Part shown: positions 60,096 to 64,000 of the stretch, piece by piece | Position numbering within the stretch: position 1 is the first letter of the stretch | Layout of the letters: each line of letters starts with the position of its first letter | Origin: Lama guanicoe | Lineage: Eukaryota | Length of the DNA: 64,000 nt | Direction of reading: 5' to 3' | NCBI GenBank assembly: GCA_013239625.1 | Contig: MU054738.1 | Coordinates: 6,845,083 to 6,909,082 of the forward strand | The notes under the pieces: model-generated | Databases searched by the model: none | Told to the model about the DNA's origin: nothing | Seen by the model: only the letters and a program-made list of their open reading frames with translations | Made by a program: the position numbers and the translations under genes

Positions 60096-61166
60096 CTGCC
60101 TGCTGGGACGCCCAAGCCTCCGCTTATCAGACCAACGATGCGGACTTTCCATGTCGCAGTGGAATCCGCACTTGGCTTAGGGGAGGGGGCTCCCTCCCCC
60201 AGGCTCGCCAGTGCACATGGTGGCCAGCTGTGGCTCCCACCCCGGGTGGAGGTGGAGCGGAGCCAAGACGCACATCAAAGACGAGCAGGGGAGTGTGCAG
60301 GGCCCCTTCCTGGCTCCGGCCCCGCCGTGTGCTTCCTGGGTTGTGTGAAATTAACCATGAACAAAGCACTGGGGGATCCCGTTATAGAGAACAGACACTG
60401 TTCTCCCAGCTTTGTCCAGTCCAGTTGCAACTGGTGGTGGGTAGGCAGGTAGTGGGTGATGGAAAAAGCCTCAGAGTGTTCATTATGGTATGTTCTTACG
60501 ACTTTCACAGGGGAGTTAAGGAATCCCTGACTAAACAGCTAGAACTGCTTAAAGTAAAAAAAGCAGAGATCAAAGCAGTGTAAATTCTTAGTCATTTAAC
60601 AGTGTCATGGAATGGGGTAATTGACCAATTTTTCAGAGAATTAGAATAGTATAAAATAGAGGAACATAATGATTCAGAAACAAAAATCTCCTGGGCGCCC
60701 ACATTGTGCTTTGAGTATAAGTTGCAAAGACCCCAGAGAGGTTCTGGTTCCGCAGGGAGACTGGCCTTTGAACAACCTCAGTCCCAGACGGTTAGGACTG
60801 CAGTGCTGTAGGCACATAGAGGAGAAGGAGGAGGGGACTCTGTCTGGAGGGTGGGGAGATGTCAGAGTCTTCCCCGAGATTACAGTATTTTGGCTGAATG
60901 CTAAAGGATGCCTGGGACCTCAGTAGGCAGAGCAGAGAGAGAAAGGCACTTGGAGCTGAGAGCGAAGTGGTTATCGGTGTGAAGGCAAGAAGGGGCCTGG
61001 CTCTCGGGTCATCATTCTGAAAGTAAGCCTTCCTTGCTCTCCACTGTAGAAGAAGGAGTGGAACCCCAAGCCATTAGAAGGGAAAATACCTTTTACTGCG
61101 TGGTATTAGGAAGCACACGCTTTGGGGTTAAAAGTCTGGATTAGAAACGTGGCTCTGCCATGCTGC

Positions 61167-62475
61167 TCGTTCATTCATTCAGATACATCATCAGGCTATA
61201 TGCTTGGTCCCGGACACAGAAACGAGTGGAGACAGAGAAGCTGCCTCCGAAGACAGGACAGGTGTAGAGAGCCTTCCAGCAGAGGCTTTGAGGAAGGCGC
61301 AGGGCAAGGGCCTCTCCCGAGTCAGTGTGAGGGCTGGTGGGGGAGTCCGTGCTCAGGGAGATTTTCAGAGAGTAAATGACCTGAGTTTTCAACCTGAATG
61401 GAAGTTAGGAGGCCCAGGGAGGGTGGGGCAGGCGCAGAGGAGAGCGCACTCCAGGCAGAGGTCAGGGATGGACCAGGACCAGCCTGTGAGTGGAGGGACT
61501 AGAGACGAGTCTGGGTCCTGGAGTATAAACTCAGGTGGGCAGGCAGGGTGGGCAGCTTGGGGCCGGGCGACCAGCGGGTCTGCACAGCATCCGCTCTGTT
61601 CCACGTCAGAGTCACCACAGGGCACTTTGAAAGTGGATCAGTGTTTGGTCCCACAACACAAGGTCTGGATGTGATTGGACCAGGTCCTGGCTTGCTGTCA
61701 TCTGTCTGTCTTTGAAGCTGGGTGATGGACGTGCATCAGGGTGGGGAGGTGCGGCTGCAGGGTCAGGGAGCCACCCAAGAGCTTTCGATAAAGGGCCTGG
61801 CTCAGCCCACTTTGTGATGGAGAAGTCTGGAGGAACCAGCAACAGAGAAAACAGGAGAAACATTCTGGAAATGATCATCCACACCAGAGATGGCGAGGGC
61901 CTGAATCAGGGTAGCAGTTGTAGGAGTAAAGACAGACAGGAGAAGGTGTTTTTGAGAAACATTCTGGAGGTAAAATCAGCAGAAACTGATTGATACTGAA
62001 GACGTGAGGATGAGGGTTCAAGGCTGGGCACTCTGGTGGGGCTGTTGGATCAAATAGAAGACACCCAGTTATGCTTGCATTTCAGATAAAAAAGGCATTT
62101 TTGTTTTTTTAGTATAAGTATATCCCATGCAATATTTGAAACAAACTTATAAAAATTTATGTGTGCATTTTCTAAATCTGACAGTCTTAGTTCCTGGGCT
62201 TAAGGTGGAGACATCAGCTACACAGAGAATATAGGAGAAGGAAAAACTTTGAAGTCATGATGGTTCTGAATCCAGATCTTTGCAATAAGCAGGAGGAAAT
62301 TGGATATTGAGTTGGCAGTTGGATATCTGCGTCTGAAGGTTGCATAGTCATCCAGGCTGAAATCATCAGTATATTTTTGTAGAAGCTGAAACCATGGAAT
62401 GTGGGTGAAGTTTTTCAGGCACACTAGAGAAAGTGAGGGAGTGGCAGCTCGGGATGGAACCCAGGTTTTTAGGGG
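61167..62475 (-). mobile_element. L2 LINE (3' end at left), interrupted by MER53
   Basis: 'cgttcattcattcaga', 'ctccaggcagaggtcagggatg', 'ccagagatggcgagggcctgaatcagggtagcagttg', 'ggcagttggatatctgcgtctg'. Confidence 0.85.
62037..62189. mobile_element. MER53 palindromic hAT MITE, internally deleted
   Basis: 'gacacccagttatgcttgcatttcagataaa...ttttagtataagtatatcccatgcaatatttg...taaatctgacagtctta'. Confidence 0.85.
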
Positions 62476-62476
62476 A

Positions 62477-62640
62477 CTTAGAGAAAATCATTTAATTTCT
62501 CAGAGTGTCTGTTCCCCATCTGTAAAGTGGAGAATAATAAAACCCGGGTCAGGTCCTTGTCGTCTCCATGTGTCACACTGTGTGAAAGCCCTGGGACCTT
62601 GCCTGGCCCTTAATATTACCAGCGCTGTCCTCATCATCAC
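62477..62640 (+). mobile_element. MIR SINE
   Basis: 'aatcatttaatttctcagagtgtctgttccccatctgtaaagtggagaataataaaacc'. Confidence 0.85.
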
Positions 62641-64000
62641 CACTGTCACTTAAGTGGGTCACACAAACCAGTGGACAAAGACAAATCAGTGTCTGTAAAA
62701 ACAAATAGGTCAAAATATTAACAAAATAATACTCTTGTGAAGAAACAAATACAATGAAAATAACCACAAGGCCCCAAACTATGGATTATTTTATGTAGTT
62801 TGGATAGTAGGAGAATTCAGAGGGCTACATTCTCTATTACAGTAATCCCAATTTGTATTAACTATATTCTCCAGAGGATGAAGAAAGGCTGTTCACGTCC
62901 CCCAACACACACCCCCAAGAGTGTCTTCAGCGGTTTATTTTCTTTTTCTTTACTTTTTCTGGGAAGTAAATGTTTAAAGATATAAGCAATATTCATTTTC
63001 TAGCAGGAGAAAGAATGTTGATTGTCTGAATTGGCCCACAAATATACACAGAAGGGGCACACGTGCGCACATACACACATGCACACACACACCTGATCTC
63101 TCCTCAGACTTTGTCTGGACGCGTTGGCCACACCGTGAGTCACTGTTTGTTCTGTACATACAGAAGGAAGCAAGACCACCAGGGCTTTTTAATCTTGTAC
63201 CCAAGGTGGGAAACTAATGCCTTGATGAAAAGAAAAGGGAACATAGAGTTGTTTGGAGAAAACTCTAAAAACTAATTCCTCAAAGGACACCACTTAGGTC
63301 ATCTTGAATACTGTCAACAGTTTTAGAGAAATGTGTAGTCACACATACATTCATATAAGCATCTACTTCATGTACGTCTTCTGTTTGTTTCCCAGTGGGT
63401 GACACAGTAGCATCCTTACCTGTGCCATTTGTCAGTGAAATTGCCAGAATTTATAAATGACCTCTCAGTGCCTTGCTCTGTGGTAGTAAATTACTACTGG
63501 GAAATAAAGAAGCACAAGACTCAGACCTGCTCTCTGAGCAACTAGATGGGGAGTGAGGGTCGGGGTGGAGGGAAGACGCTGATTTAAACAGACGGAGTTT
63601 CAGGCTCCTTCCCTACCCACGTAGAGAGACACACAGAGGAGCCAGGTCGCAGCAGCTCGTTCATCTGCTCGTTCACTCCATAGGGAGAGGTGTTGCAGAC
63701 CACACAGGAGCTCTCAGACGGCGCGAACAGGGCCGACAGGCAGGTGGCACACAGTGTGATGGGGCTCTGCGTAATGTAAAGAGCAAAGTGCCAGAGAGGG
63801 GAAGACCCTTGGGTTAATTTGCCTGGGTGGGGACCAGAAGACTTACCCTGCATTTTCCAGCTGGTTGCTCATCCAGCCTTAAATTTAGAGGATTAAATGA
63901 AGAAACCAGTTGCCTGCTTTGTTATGATCCAGTACTCTTCCGGCCACCTTAGTCTCTGCCTGGCCTGGGCAGCTCCTGCACTCGCTCCACGCCGCCGTGC

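Noticed and set aside
61855-61968. 15-bp direct repeat GAGAAACATTCTGGA (61855-69 and 61954-68) as a TSD or heat-shock element
   Set aside because: The intervening sequence is continuous L2, not an insertion, and the HSE match is imperfect
1698-63142. Apparent excess of AP-1 heptamers (at least 17 TGASTCA counted by eye)
   Set aside because: About 8 are expected under uniform base composition, but mammalian TG/CA/CT/AG enrichment raises the expectation; not convincing without a Markov-background test
11500-64000. Assigning a gene symbol to the host gene
   Set aside because: No recognisable conserved exon lies in the window, and many genes share this CpG-island plus long-first-intron layout

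Overview
This is mammalian genomic DNA, most likely camelid (camel, alpaca or llama): three tRNA-Ala-derived SINEs of the vic-1 type are present. About 11 kb of intergenic DNA is followed by a CpG-island promoter (~11.5-12.7 kb) whose core is interrupted by an assembly gap. Beyond it lie about 51 kb that look like the long first intron of a + strand gene I cannot name. The region carries ancient repeats (MIR, L2, L1M, CR1/L3, MLT1 LTRs, and the hAT elements Charlie1, MER5, MER20 and MER53) plus several enhancer- or alternative-promoter-like motif clusters. No recognisable conserved protein-coding exon is present, and almost all ORFs in the track are spurious or decayed L1. The best coding candidate is a possible alternative first exon at 35187-35377. 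There are no prokaryotic-type systems, and I cannot support a claim of a new biological system; the findings are hypotheses to test. Repeat families were assigned by eye from remembered consensus sequences, so boundaries and subfamilies are approximate.
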